A stretch of 64,000 bases of DNA from an uncultured Gemmatimonadaceae bacterium (lineage in GTDB: Bacteria > Gemmatimonadota > Gemmatimonadetes > Gemmatimonadales > Gemmatimonadaceae): the NCBI GenBank assembly GCA_963822945.1, contig CAWGJO010000020.1:736001-800000 (forward strand). Reading direction: 5' to 3'. Shown here piece by piece: positions 19,154-28,928 of this stretch. The first letter of the stretch is position 1. Every line of letters begins with the position of its first letter. The notes below the pieces were generated by a model. That model had not been told where the DNA came from. It was given only the letters and a program-made list of their open reading frames with translations, and did not search any database. The translations under genes and the position numbers were made by a program.

Positions 19154-20410
19154 TCAGGCCACCCGGCGTTCGGTGGCGAAGACCATCGCCACGATCAACC
19201 CTCCCAGGAGCACCACCAGCCCGGCCAGTCGCCCGCGCCCCGGCGTCGAGGGCCCGAGTACATCGGGCCCGTAGGTGTGCTGAGCCCATCGCCGGAGCCA
19301 CTCGCCCAGTGGCTCGTCCGTGGCCCGCGCGAAGGCCTCCGCGGGTGTGCCGCTGGCCGTCCAGAACGTTTCGAACCGCTGCCGCCCGAAGTCCCGCACC
19401 ATGTCGGAGAGAATCCAACCCGTGGTCGGGCCGAGGCCCGGCGTCGACATCATCTGTCCGGAGTACCACCACGCCCCCACGTCGATCACGTTGGCGCGCC
19501 AGCTCCGGTCCTGTGCCATGGCGAATGCCGGTTGCATCAGACCGGACACGCAGCGGGTCGTATCCCCGCTCACGCACGCAATTCCGTCGTCGGAAAGCTG
19601 GTTCCGCATTTGCCAGGCCGGGCTCTGGAATCCGGTAAAATCCACCAGGGGTCGTCGAATCCTGTACCGTACGTAGTAGTCGTCGTGCCAGACTGGGGAA
19701 TCCCGGTTCCAGTCGATGGCCTGACCGGCGTTCCACCCGGTTTGCGCCAGCCAGTGCGCGATACCCGTTCCGGGTTGCCCGAACGTCGCATACATGGCGC
19801 AGGGTCCGAGGATCGTCCGCCCCGTGTACGGCGTGACCAGTTGCTGCATCACGATCCTACGCGTGTAGTTCACCGCATCGTTCGCGCGCCGGTGGCTCAG
19901 GGCCACGCGAACGCGTGCCAGGACGCGGCAGACCGACGTCGTGGTGTCCGGCGGGAACACTGCTGCCCCGACGTAATGCGTCATCCCCATCGGAAGCCCT
20001 TCGAACTTCGTCGTCGTGTCTTCGACCAGTGCCACGATGGTCGGAAACCGATCGCCCGGATGGTATGCATCCCACGCAGCTTTCAGCACGCGAGTCATGG
20101 CGAGGCGGACGGAGTCGGGAAGCTGGCGATCAACGATCACCTGCAACTCGGGCTTGGCCTCCGCGAGCAGGCGGGGAGTGAAGACCGAGTCGCGGAGTTC
20201 GAGGAGTCGCAGATGGAGCGTGGCCTGTCCCAGCCGCGCAGCAGCATCGGGCCATCCGTACCGTCGCACATAGCCGTAGAACGGGAGAAACCGCCGCGCG
20301 GCGGCGCTCCGGGTTGGCGGCGCCGAATTTCCGGCTGGCAGCTGCCATACGGCAATCGCCGCGCACACCAACACCGCGACCAGCAACCAGCGTCTTGGCG
20401 TCAACGCCAT
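19154..20410 (-). CDS. exported, membrane-anchored hypothetical protein
   Basis: N-terminal signal/TM (MALTPRRWLLVAVL), C-terminal TM, overlaps the upstream gene. Confidence 0.75.
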   Translation of the reverse strand: MALTPRRWLLVAVLVCAAIAVWQLPAGNSAPPTRSAAARRFLPFYGYVRRYGWPDAAARLGQATLHLRLLELRDSVFTPRLLAEAKPELQVIVDRQLPDSVRLAMTRVLKAAWDAYHPGDRFPTIVALVEDTTTKFEGLPMGMTHYVGAAVFPPDTTTSVCRVLARVRVALSHRRANDAVNYTRRIVMQQLVTPYTGRTILGPCAMYATFGQPGTGIAHWLAQTGWNAGQAIDWNRDSPVWHDDYYVRYRIRRPLVDFTGFQSPAWQMRNQLSDDGIACVSGDTTRCVSGLMQPAFAMAQDRSWRANVIDVGAWWYSGQMMSTPGLGPTTGWILSDMVRDFGRQRFETFWTASGTPAEAFARATDEPLGEWLRRWAQHTYGPDVLGPSTPGRGRLAGLVVLLGGLIVAMVFATERRVA

Positions 20411-21522
20411 CGCGAACTCCCCAGCGCCAGCGCGCCGCAGGTCGTGACCCAGAACAGCGACATGAACGCAAGTCCCGGCGTCATGGTCGTGTGCGGTGCT
20501 TCCGTCGTGAGCACTGTGGCGCGCCAGCGGCGCACGAGCGAGTCGGTCGAGAGGCCCGAAGCCGCGCGCAGCTGGGCGTCGACGTCGCGGGATGCCGACT
20601 GCATCTGCGAGAAGCTCGCCGGGCCGCCGATCGTCATCGCCAGCCTCGCCAGGCTCTGGCGCGAAGCAGGCCCGAGCGGCGCGGAGAGCTGATTTGGCGG
20701 AATGAGGCTTCCCAGGGCCAGACACGCGGAATCATCATTGTGCGCGAGACACTGCGCGAATTCGCCGGGCCGGGCCCGTCGTATCTGATACCGGTCACGG
20801 TAGAGGATCTCCCGTCGTTCCGATGCGTTGAACCACTCCCGAAACGGATCGGCGGTTTCCGAGACACCCAGAGCCCGTTCGCAGGCGGGGATGTCGCCAT
20901 CGTAGCACTCCCGTGACGCTTGAAACGGTGAGGTCACCAGATCGATCCGAACCCCCGCCCACAGGTCGGCGTCCGCGGGTTCCACGGGGATCGCATTGCT
21001 CAGCCATCGGCCAAACGCGCTCCCCAATCGGTCCGTCAACACCTGCGACCCGCGCATGGCCAGGGACCGACCGACGGCCTCGACCGTCGGCTCCGTTTCG
21101 TCCAGGCGCACCATCCTTCCGGAACTGCTCACTTCCCCGATGTCCACCATGGGGTGGCCGGGTATCGGCGGCTTCGAGCGTCGTAGCGTGAACGCGTGTT
21201 GCTTCAGGTCGTCGATGCTGTTCCCGAATCGGTCCCGCAGCGCAGCGACCGCTCGAGCCGCGGAGCGGTCGGCGAGATCCTGAAGTCCGGTATCCGCCAG
21301 AATGGTGAGTGCGTCGACCCTCACGGTGTCGTGCGGTAACGCTCGAGACTGCAGGGAATCAGCGCGACGCGCGGCCGCCGTGACGGATCTCCAGATCGGC
21401 ACGAGCGCGCGCACCCGCGCGCGGTACTCCGCCTGTGTCTGGGCGCACAGGGGATGCGCGGCAGCCAAGAGGAGCAGCGACACCCACAGCGGAGTTACCC
21501 TGCCCAGGCGTCCGTTATACAT
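20401..21522 (-). CDS. exported, membrane-anchored hypothetical protein
   Basis: Signal peptide (PLCA|Q), two Cys-pair motifs, C-terminal TM. Confidence 0.75.
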   Translation of the reverse strand: MYNGRLGRVTPLWVSLLLLAAAHPLCAQTQAEYRARVRALVPIWRSVTAAARRADSLQSRALPHDTVRVDALTILADTGLQDLADRSAARAVAALRDRFGNSIDDLKQHAFTLRRSKPPIPGHPMVDIGEVSSSGRMVRLDETEPTVEAVGRSLAMRGSQVLTDRLGSAFGRWLSNAIPVEPADADLWAGVRIDLVTSPFQASRECYDGDIPACERALGVSETADPFREWFNASERREILYRDRYQIRRARPGEFAQCLAHNDDSACLALGSLIPPNQLSAPLGPASRQSLARLAMTIGGPASFSQMQSASRDVDAQLRAASGLSTDSLVRRWRATVLTTEAPHTTMTPGLAFMSLFWVTTCGALALGSSRWR

Positions 21523-22162
21523 CGATGAGTGTCCAACGCCCGCTGAATACCGACAGAATCCCCGGGTACACCATCAGGAAGTCCACGGCATGCGCCCCGA
21601 TGTTGAGATGCAGGCCCATCGCGTCGGTCAGGAACTCCGAAACCAGGACCACGCAGATCGCGCCCAGTACATAGCCGGCCGCGCGGACCGATGCGGCGGA
21701 GATCGCGAAGAAGATGGAAAAGGCCACGAGAGTCGCGAATCCGAACCGCAGGGTGAGCGCGAGAGGGTAGGCGTGCAACCCCTGGGGGACGACGCCACCT
21801 CCGCTCGTGGCGAGCGTCGCCCCGATGGCCAGCGCGACTACCATCGGAAGGAGGAACAACACACCGGCGACGAATCGCATCAGCACGTAATGCCAGCGCG
21901 CCACGGGCAGCGAGAGCGCATACACGTGGTGGCCCCGATGATCGGACGCCCAGGCGAGCCAGGCGACCACGAGCCCTGCCGTTCCCGCCAGAACCGCGTA
22001 GCCGACCCCCCATGTCTGCATGTTGCCGATCAGCGCGCGTGGCGATGTTTCGCCGCGATTCGAGTTGATCGACATCAACGGCAGGGCAAACGCCGCCAGC
22101 ACGCCCAGCAGTACGGCGAGCCGCGTCCATTTCCACTGCGTCCTGAGCATTACGCTGAACAT
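21515..22162 (-). CDS. ABC transporter permease-like membrane protein
   Basis: About 6 TMs, YALSLPVARWHY motif of ABC-2-type permeases, GGAGGA RBS. Confidence 0.78.
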   Translation of the reverse strand: MFSVMLRTQWKWTRLAVLLGVLAAFALPLMSINSNRGETSPRALIGNMQTWGVGYAVLAGTAGLVVAWLAWASDHRGHHVYALSLPVARWHYVLMRFVAGVLFLLPMVVALAIGATLATSGGGVVPQGLHAYPLALTLRFGFATLVAFSIFFAISAASVRAAGYVLGAICVVLVSEFLTDAMGLHLNIGAHAVDFLMVYPGILSVFSGRWTLIDV

Positions 22163-22175
22163 CGATTCCTCCTCC

Positions 22176-23069
22176 CTATCGCGTTTCGCGGAATGACCGC
22201 AGCAATTCCACGAACCCGTCTTCCAGGTCGAGATCCACCACATCGGTGATCGCGACACCGATCGACTCGGCGCGGCCGCGCATATCCGGTTCCCACCCGC
22301 GGACCAGCCACTGTTCCGTGGCGCCGTTGGCCGCCCCGCGGCTGAGCACCGTGAACGGCATGTCGGTCAGCAGGGCCGGCGCGCCAGTCACGTGCAGCCG
22401 TTTGATGCCGTCCTTGAATTCACGCATCGGCAACTCTGCCACGAGCCCTCCGCGGTCCATCACGCCGATCCAGTCGCAGATGCGTTCCAGTTCGTGCACC
22501 AGGTGGCTGGATATCAACACGGTGGCGTCATGGTCCGAGACGTAGGCCAACAACGCTTCGAGCACATCTCGGCGCACCACGGGATCGAGACCATCGGTGG
22601 GTTCATCGAGCAGCAGCAACTCCGGCTCCTGCGCCAGGGCCAGGAGCATCATGAGCTTTCCGGTCTCTCCCTTGGACAGCGACGCCACGCGCTGGTCGCC
22701 GCTGAGCCGAAACTGTTGCTGGAGTTCACCCGCCCACCGTGCGTTCCAGCGCCGGTGGAATCCCGCATGCAACGCCATCGATTCCGCCACGGTCAGCGAC
22801 GGATGGATGTGAGGCCGGTCCGGCACGTAGCCCACCCGTGCGAGAACGTTTACGTACGACGCCGGCATCGGTTGGCCCAGCACGGTGATTCGCCCGCCCG
22901 CCGGTTTCAACAGACCGAGCAACAACCGGATCGTCGTCGTCTTTCCCGCCCCGTTCGGCCCCAGGAATCCGTAGATCGATCCTGCAGGTACGTGGAGGTT
23001 CAACTCCGACAGCGTGAAGTTCTTGCCCGCCCGATAACGCAGATGCTCCGTTTCGACCGCGAACGTCAT
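22176..23069 (-). CDS. ABC transporter ATP-binding protein
   Basis: GPNGAGKTT, LSKGE, LLLLDEP, SSH. Confidence 0.95.
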   Translation of the reverse strand: MTFAVETEHLRYRAGKNFTLSELNLHVPAGSIYGFLGPNGAGKTTTIRLLLGLLKPAGGRITVLGQPMPASYVNVLARVGYVPDRPHIHPSLTVAESMALHAGFHRRWNARWAGELQQQFRLSGDQRVASLSKGETGKLMMLLALAQEPELLLLDEPTDGLDPVVRRDVLEALLAYVSDHDATVLISSHLVHELERICDWIGVMDRGGLVAELPMREFKDGIKRLHVTGAPALLTDMPFTVLSRGAANGATEQWLVRGWEPDMRGRAESIGVAITDVVDLDLEDGFVELLRSFRETR

Positions 23070-23446
23070 CGACCGCCTCCATTCAGCTCATGGGCCAGCG
23101 CGTCACGGAGATCCTCCGCCGAAACGCCCAGCCGACGGGCGTCCCGCACCAGATCGCGAATCAGCCGGCGGGCGGCGCTCTGACGCTCTCGCGACCGCCG
23201 CTCCATCGCCACATCCTGCACGAACGTCCCCGCGCCGTGGCGTGTGGCCACGAACCCGTCGTGCTCCAATTCCCGGTACGCCTGGACCACGGTGGCCGGG
23301 TTCACCCGCAGCTCCGCCGACAACTGCCGCACCGAGGGCAGCGCGTCGCCGTGGGCGAGCTCGCCGGACGCGATCGCCAACCGTACGTGATCGGCGATCT
23401 GGGCATACAGCGGCACGGGGCTTCGAGGGTCGAGACGCTCGAACAT
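23066..23446 (-). CDS. GntR family regulator, YtrA subfamily
   Basis: PLYAQI, LPSVRQLS, VNPATVVQAYREL, GAGTFV, short C-terminal domain. Confidence 0.93.
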   Translation of the reverse strand: MFERLDPRSPVPLYAQIADHVRLAIASGELAHGDALPSVRQLSAELRVNPATVVQAYRELEHDGFVATRHGAGTFVQDVAMERRSRERQSAARRLIRDLVRDARRLGVSAEDLRDALAHELNGGGR

Positions 23447-23460
23447 GATTCTCCAGACAA

Positions 23461-23480
23461 GTGTATCGTTGTAGCAACAC
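23461..23480. promoter_or_regulatory. candidate YtrA-type operator
   Basis: GTGTATCGTTGTAGCAACAC, an imperfect palindrome 14 bp upstream of the GntR start. Confidence 0.5.
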
Positions 23481-23538
23481 AGTAGGACGGCCGGATCAGT
23501 TCGTCAACCCCGGCGGCAGCATGTGGTGCAGAACACAA

Positions 23539-23564
23539 GAAGGCCGGCTCGGGGGCCGGCCTTC
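23539..23564 (-). terminator. hairpin after the argCBDA operon
   Basis: GAAGGCCGGC-TCGGGG-GCCGGCCTTC, followed by TTGTGTT on the minus strand. Confidence 0.6.
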
Positions 23565-23587
23565 GTATCTCACGTTCCGACAACACC

Positions 23588-24082
23588 CTATGCCGCGATG
23601 TGCAGGGCCTCGACTCGGAGGTTCTTCGCAAAGCAGTACTCGTCGCACGCAAACCGGCGGGCGCAGGCCAGGCAGTCCCGCCGGATCTTCTCTGGATAGC
23701 GGGCCCGGTCCACCTGCGCGTAGCCACACGCCGCGAAGAACTTGGGCTGCAGCGTGAGCGCGAAGACGTCGTAGATGTCGCGCTTCATCGCCAGTTGCTC
23801 GACCGCCCCGACGATGAGCCGCCCCAGCCCCTGGCCGTGTGCGTCCCGGGAGACCGCGATGGCCGCGACTTCAGCGACCGATGGCGAGTACTCCTTGAGC
23901 GCGCCGCATCCCACCAGTGTTCCCGCGCCATTCACGGCTACCACGAAGTCGTCGATCGCCAGCGCAACCATGGCTGGTGTACGGCGCAACATCAGCATCT
24001 CGTCGGCGAACTGGTTGTTCAGCCGTGAGATCGCCTCTGCTTCGTCGGGTCCCGCCGCACGAATGGTGACGCAGTCGGACAT
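23588..24082 (-). CDS. argA: short GNAT N-acetylglutamate synthase
   Basis: GNAT motif HGQGLG, C-terminal EKIRRDCxxC...CDE, last gene of the arg operon, TGATG overlap. Confidence 0.8.
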   Translation of the reverse strand: MSDCVTIRAAGPDEAEAISRLNNQFADEMLMLRRTPAMVALAIDDFVVAVNGAGTLVGCGALKEYSPSVAEVAAIAVSRDAHGQGLGRLIVGAVEQLAMKRDIYDVFALTLQPKFFAACGYAQVDRARYPEKIRRDCLACARRFACDEYCFAKNLRVEALHIAA

Positions 24083-25296
24083 CAGAGAACGCTTTCCAGA
24101 ACCGCCAGGCCCTCGGCCAACTCGTCCCTGGTCGCGACCAGCGGCGGCAGCAACCGCACGGTGTACTCGCCGGCCGTGCACACGAGCAGCCCCGCCGCCA
24201 TGGCCTCGCTCACGACGTGCGCCGCCGTGCCCATGATGTCCATCCCCCACATGAATCCCACGCCGCGGACGCCGCGAATCCGGCCCGTCCGCTGGGCAAT
24301 CTCCTGGAGTTGTTCCCCCAACCAGGCACCCGTTTCGCGCACGTGCGCCAGCAACGCGGGATCCGACAGTCGGTCCACCACGTACGACGCAACCGATGCC
24401 ACGAACGGCCCGCCACCGAATGTCGTGCCGTGATCGCCCGGTTTGATGGCGGCCGCGATGGCGTCGGTCATCAGCACGGCGCCCATGGGCAACCCGCCCG
24501 CGAGCGGTTTGGCAATGGTCAGGATGTCGGGCTCGATGCCCGCCTGCTCGTAGGCGAAGAACGTGCCCGTGCGCCCCAGCCCGCACTGGATCTCGTCCAG
24601 AATCAATGCCGCGTTCCGCTCCCTTGTGAGGGCTCGTAGCTCGCGAAGAAATCCGTGGTCGAGCACCCGCACCCCTCCCTCGCCCTGGACCGGCTCCGCG
24701 ATCACCGCCGCTCCCGTTGCCTCGTCGAGCGCCGCTGCCACGTCGTTCAGGTCCCGCTCGACGATCGAGATCCCGCCGGCCAGGGGGCGGAAGGGCAGCC
24801 GGTACGCCGGGCGGTCGGTGGCCGCCAACGATCCGAACAACCGGCCGTGAAATGCCCCGCGCAACGCCACGATGTGCGCCTTGTCGTCGTTGATCGTCCG
24901 GGCCCAGCGTCTGGCGAATTTGAACGCGGCTTCGTTGGCTTCGCCCCCCGAATTGCAGAAGAACACCTGCGACGCAAACGAGTGATCCACCAGCTGCTGG
25001 GCCAACGTCTCGCCGGGCGCGGTGTGATACAGATTCGACGTATGCACCAGGCCGTCCGACGCCGCGTGCAGCGCCGATCGTAGCCCGGCGTCTCCGTAGC
25101 CCAGCGCGTTGACCGCGATGCCGCTCACGAAGTCCAGGTACCGTTTCCCGTCGCGATCGAACAGATACACGCCCTCGCCGCGCACGAGCTCCATGGGAGG
25201 ACGCTTGTAGGTGCCGAGAATCGGATCGTGCGCGGGCGTGGCCGCGCCTCCTGGTGTCGCGGGTCCAGCCGCCGCCGTCGTCGTGGTCGAATTCAC
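24082..25296 (-). CDS. argD: acetylornithine aminotransferase
   Basis: DFVSGIAVNALG, NSGGEANEAA, DEIQCGLGRTG, AKPLAGG, HGTTFGG. Confidence 0.95.
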   Translation of the reverse strand: MNSTTTTAAAGPATPGGAATPAHDPILGTYKRPPMELVRGEGVYLFDRDGKRYLDFVSGIAVNALGYGDAGLRSALHAASDGLVHTSNLYHTAPGETLAQQLVDHSFASQVFFCNSGGEANEAAFKFARRWARTINDDKAHIVALRGAFHGRLFGSLAATDRPAYRLPFRPLAGGISIVERDLNDVAAALDEATGAAVIAEPVQGEGGVRVLDHGFLRELRALTRERNAALILDEIQCGLGRTGTFFAYEQAGIEPDILTIAKPLAGGLPMGAVLMTDAIAAAIKPGDHGTTFGGGPFVASVASYVVDRLSDPALLAHVRETGAWLGEQLQEIAQRTGRIRGVRGVGFMWGMDIMGTAAHVVSEAMAAGLLVCTAGEYTVRLLPPLVATRDELAEGLAVLESVL

Positions 25297-26057
25297 ACCG
25301 CCTCCCCCGTGGTCGTGATCGCCGTGCCGCGCGTCGCGTCGGCCAGCATCGATAGGTCGCCAACGCGTACCCTCTGCACCCCACCGCGCAGTGCCGTCAG
25401 CGCGGCATTCACCTTGGCGGCCATCCCGCCAATCGCCGTCTTTCGTCGGACCAGGTCACGCGCCGCATCCGCACCCACCTCGGCCAGGGTCCGCTCGCCC
25501 TCGAGGATTCCCGGAACGTCGGAGATGAGCAGCAATTCGGTGGCCCCGAGGGCCGCCGCCACCGCCGCCGCCGCGTCGTCGGCGTTGACGTTCAGCGCCG
25601 GGCCGAGTTCGAGCGCGACGTTGCGGCTCACCGGCGAGATCACCGGCAGATAGCCACCGTCGAGCAGATGTCGCAGGAGCGACACGTTGACGCGCTGGAC
25701 TTCGCCGACGTGGCCCAACCGTTCCGGATCGACGGGGATCGCGGCGATGAGCGAAGCATCCTCGCCCGAGAGTCCGAGCGCGCGTACGCCTTCGTGCACC
25801 AGCGCCGAGACGAGCCGCTTGTTGGCGCTGCCCGACAGGCCCATGCGCACGATCTCCATGTCGCGAGCCGAGGTGACCCGCCGGCCATCGACGAATTCCG
25901 AAGTCAGACCGAACGCATCCTGAAGCGCCGTCACCTCGTCCCCTCCGCCGTGCACCAGCACCAGGGACCGCGCTTCCGGATCCCAGACTTCGGCAATCCG
26001 CGCCGCCACGGCGGGGTCGCTCTGCACTCGTCCGCCCACCTTCACCACACGCGTCAC
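25293..26057 (-). CDS. argB: acetylglutamate kinase
   Basis: VVKVGG, VHGGG, GRRVT, NVNAD, GGMAAK. Confidence 0.95.
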   Translation of the reverse strand: MTRVVKVGGRVQSDPAVAARIAEVWDPEARSLVLVHGGGDEVTALQDAFGLTSEFVDGRRVTSARDMEIVRMGLSGSANKRLVSALVHEGVRALGLSGEDASLIAAIPVDPERLGHVGEVQRVNVSLLRHLLDGGYLPVISPVSRNVALELGPALNVNADDAAAAVAAALGATELLLISDVPGILEGERTLAEVGADAARDLVRRKTAIGGMAAKVNAALTALRGGVQRVRVGDLSMLADATRGTAITTTGEAV

Positions 26058-27013
26058 TACCGGAGCCCCGCGGTTTCGTCGAGGCCGAGCATGAGATTGG
26101 CGTTCTGCACCGCCTGGCCGGCGGCACCCTTCATCAGGTTGTCGATCGCCGAGAGTACCAGCAGCATTGGTTTCGTGGTGCCGGCCAGTGGCTGCGCGAA
26201 GATCTGCACGGCGTTCCGATACGCCACGTCACGCAATCGGGGCGCGCCGTCCACCAGTTCGACGAATGGCTCGCCGGCGTACCGATGCCGCCAGACGTCG
26301 ACCGGGTTGGACAGCGGTTCGCGCAATTCGACGGTAATCGTCGACAGAATGCCCCGCGTGATCGGCAGAAGGTGCGGCGTGAAGACGAGGTCCGATCGGC
26401 TCTCCATGCGCGTCAGCATGGCGCGCATCTCATTCAGATGCCGGTGCGTGTTGCCGATGCCATAGGCGCGATAGTCATCGGCCACTTCGCCGAACATGAG
26501 TTCCCGTTTGGCGGCGTTTCCGGCGCCCGTCACGCCGCTCGCCGAGTTCGCGACGATGGGCGTCCCGTCGGCAATGAGCCCCGCGTCGATCAGCGGAGCA
26601 ATCGCAAACAGAATCGACGTGGGGTAGCAGCCTGGGTTGGCGACGATCGCCGCATCTGCAATTTCGGCGCGGGCGAATTCGGTGAGACCGTACGGCACGT
26701 CATCACGACCGTTGCCGGGACGCAGATCCGCCGAGAGATCGACCACCCGGGCGCCGGCGGCAGCCGCGGCATTCACCCACGTGGCGGATGCGCCGTGCGG
26801 CAGCGCGCTGAACACGAGCCCCACCTGACCGAGGGGCGCGTCTTCGGTGGCCATGAACGTGACCGGACGACCGTGGATGAACACGGTTTGGCCGCGCTGC
26901 TCGTTGGCGGTGGCGAAGGCCAGTTCCAACGCGGGATGACGATGGATGAGTGCGCAAAGCTCGCGACCCGCATATCCGCTGGCCCCGAGCACGCCGACAG
27001 GTATCCTATTCAC
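26057..27013 (-). CDS. argC: N-acetyl-gamma-glutamyl-phosphate reductase
   Basis: GASGYAG, NPGCYPT, SGVTGAG, DNLMKGAAGQAVQN. Confidence 0.95.
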   Translation of the reverse strand: MNRIPVGVLGASGYAGRELCALIHRHPALELAFATANEQRGQTVFIHGRPVTFMATEDAPLGQVGLVFSALPHGASATWVNAAAAAGARVVDLSADLRPGNGRDDVPYGLTEFARAEIADAAIVANPGCYPTSILFAIAPLIDAGLIADGTPIVANSASGVTGAGNAAKRELMFGEVADDYRAYGIGNTHRHLNEMRAMLTRMESRSDLVFTPHLLPITRGILSTITVELREPLSNPVDVWRHRYAGEPFVELVDGAPRLRDVAYRNAVQIFAQPLAGTTKPMLLVLSAIDNLMKGAAGQAVQNANLMLGLDETAGLR

Positions 27014-27017
27014 ACGG

Positions 27018-27035
27018 AATGCATAATAATGCATA
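27018..27035. promoter_or_regulatory. ARG box between divergent argC and argR
   Basis: AATGCATAATAATGCATA fits the 18-bp ArgR palindrome. Confidence 0.85.
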
Positions 27036-27085
27036 TTGTGGACGTCAACTAGCCCGTCCGCTTTCCTTGTCTCCCCGGGTACCCA

Positions 27086-27544
27086 ATGGCGAACAAGTCT
27101 TCGCGCCACGCGGCAATTCTCGAGATCACCGGCTCGCACGCCGTCGGCAGTCAGGAGGAGTTGCGGCACCGGCTCGCCCGGCGCGGCGTCCACGTCACGC
27201 AGGCGACGCTCTCTCGTGACCTCCGGGAGTTGGGGCTGGTGCGCGTTCCCACCGAGGCCGGGGCGCGATACGTGCGACAGGAGGCGCTCGCCGACGAGGC
27301 CAAGCCCTCGCTGGAAGCACTCCTGCCCCAGCTGTTCGCCAGTGTGGCCGGAGTTGGGGAGTTGGTCGTGCTGCACACCGTGGCGTCGGGCGCCCAGCCC
27401 ATCTCCGAGGCCATCGATGCCGAGGGGTGGCCGGAGATCCTGGGAACGATCGCCGGCGAGAACACCATTCTGATCGTGTGCCGTTCGGCAGCCTCCCGTC
27501 AGGGGGTGGTGACCCGGCTCACCGACCTCGCCCGCAAAGGCTGA
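27086..27544 (+). CDS. argR: arginine repressor
   Basis: SQEEL, VTQATLSRDL, GTIAGE. Confidence 0.95.
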   Translation: MANKSSRHAAILEITGSHAVGSQEELRHRLARRGVHVTQATLSRDLRELGLVRVPTEAGARYVRQEALADEAKPSLEALLPQLFASVAGVGELVVLHTVASGAQPISEAIDAEGWPEILGTIAGENTILIVCRSAASRQGVVTRLTDLARKG

Positions 27545-27614
27545 GCGGCGGCGCGGCGGCCGGATTCCGGGGCGTCCAGCGGCCTGTGGGCCGCGCATTG
27601 ACGGAGACTCCCTG

Positions 27615-27653
27615 AATGATTAAATATGCAGATCGTCTGCATAAATAGTTTGC
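27615..27653. promoter_or_regulatory. tandem ARG boxes upstream of argG
   Basis: AATGATTAAATATGCAGA, 3-bp spacer, TCTGCATAAATAGTTTGC (canonical spacing, second box weaker). Confidence 0.8.
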
Positions 27654-27668
27654 CTCTCAGGAGCCTTC

Positions 27669-28928
27669 ATGCCGCGCACCATCGCTCTCGCCTATTCCGG
27701 CGGACTCGACACTTCGATCATCGTTCCCTGGCTGCGGGAGCACTACGACGCACGCGTCGTTTGCGTCGCGGCAAACATCGGCCAGGGCGCCGATGAGTTG
27801 CGTGGCGTGCGCGAGAAGGCGCTCGCGTCGGGCGCCGAGGAGTGCTACGTCGAGGATCTGCGGCAGGAGTTCGTGGAGGACTTCATCTTCCCCACCCTGC
27901 GAGCCGGCGCCATCTACAACCGGAAGTACCTCCTGGGGACGTCCATGGCCCGGCCGTTGATCGCCCGGCGCCAGGTCGAGATCGCCCGTCAGGTGGGCGC
28001 CGAGGCCCTGGCCCACGGCTGCACCGGTAAGGGCAACGACCAGGTGCGCTTCGAACTCACGTATGCCAGCTTCGCGCCCGATCTTCCCGTGATCGCTCCG
28101 TGGCGCGAATGGGATATCCGCAGCCGCGAGGACGCCATTGCCTACGCGCAGTCCCGGGGCATCCCGGTGTCCGCGACGAAGGAGAAGATCTATTCGCGCG
28201 ACGCCAACATCTGGCATCTGTCGCACGAGGGCGGAATTCTCGAAGATCCGAATGCGGCGCCGCCGGACGACCTGTTCATGCTCACCACGAATCCGGTCGA
28301 GGCGCCAGACGCCCCGGAAGACGTGGTGATCGGCTTCGAGCAGGGGACGCCGGTGTCCGTCAATGGCATGGTGCTCCCGGCCATCGAGTTGCTCGTCGCG
28401 CTCAACAAGGTTGCGGGCCGGCACGGCGTCGGACGCATCGATCTGGTGGAAGACCGGCTGGTGGGAATGAAGTCGCGCGGCGTGTACGAGACGCCCGGCG
28501 GCACGCTCCTCTACACGGCGCACAGTGAACTGGAGCAGCTGGTGCTCGACCGGCGGACGCTTGCCGCCAAGGACATGGTGGCTCCCCGGTATGCCGACCT
28601 CGTCTACGAAGGTCGCTGGTGGTCCACGGAGCGGGAGGCATACGACGCGTTCGTAACCGTCACCCAGCAGCGGATCACCGGCACCGTCACGCTGCGGCTG
28701 TACAAGGGATCGATGACCGTCGTCGGCCGGCAGAGCGTGCACGCGCTGTACGACGAGCGGTTCGTCACCTTCGGCGAGGATGACGTCTATCAGCAGAGCG
28801 ACGCGGGCGGTTTCATCCGCCTCTTCGCACTGCCGGGTCGCGTGCGCGCGCTCAAGGATCAGGAGATGGGCGCCGAAGCGAAGGCCGCGGACGGCGAGCC
28901 GTCCAAGCCGTCGCTGGCGATCGCGTGA
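27669..28928 (+). CDS. argG: argininosuccinate synthase
   Basis: [29 protein letters not shown]. Confidence 0.98.
   Translation: MPRTIALAYSGGLDTSIIVPWLREHYDARVVCVAANIGQGADELRGVREKALASGAEECYVEDLRQEFVEDFIFPTLRAGAIYNRKYLLGTSMARPLIARRQVEIARQVGAEALAHGCTGKGNDQVRFELTYASFAPDLPVIAPWREWDIRSREDAIAYAQSRGIPVSATKEKIYSRDANIWHLSHEGGILEDPNAAPPDDLFMLTTNPVEAPDAPEDVVIGFEQGTPVSVNGMVLPAIELLVALNKVAGRHGVGRIDLVEDRLVGMKSRGVYETPGGTLLYTAHSELEQLVLDRRTLAAKDMVAPRYADLVYEGRWWSTEREAYDAFVTVTQQRITGTVTLRLYKGSMTVVGRQSVHALYDERFVTFGEDDVYQQSDAGGFIRLFALPGRVRALKDQEMGAEAKAADGEPSKPSLAIA

Noticed and set aside
23588..25384. 598-aa ORF suggesting a long ArgA fusion
   Set aside because: The N-terminal part is an off-frame overlap with argD. 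The real gene starts at the TGATG overlap at 24082.
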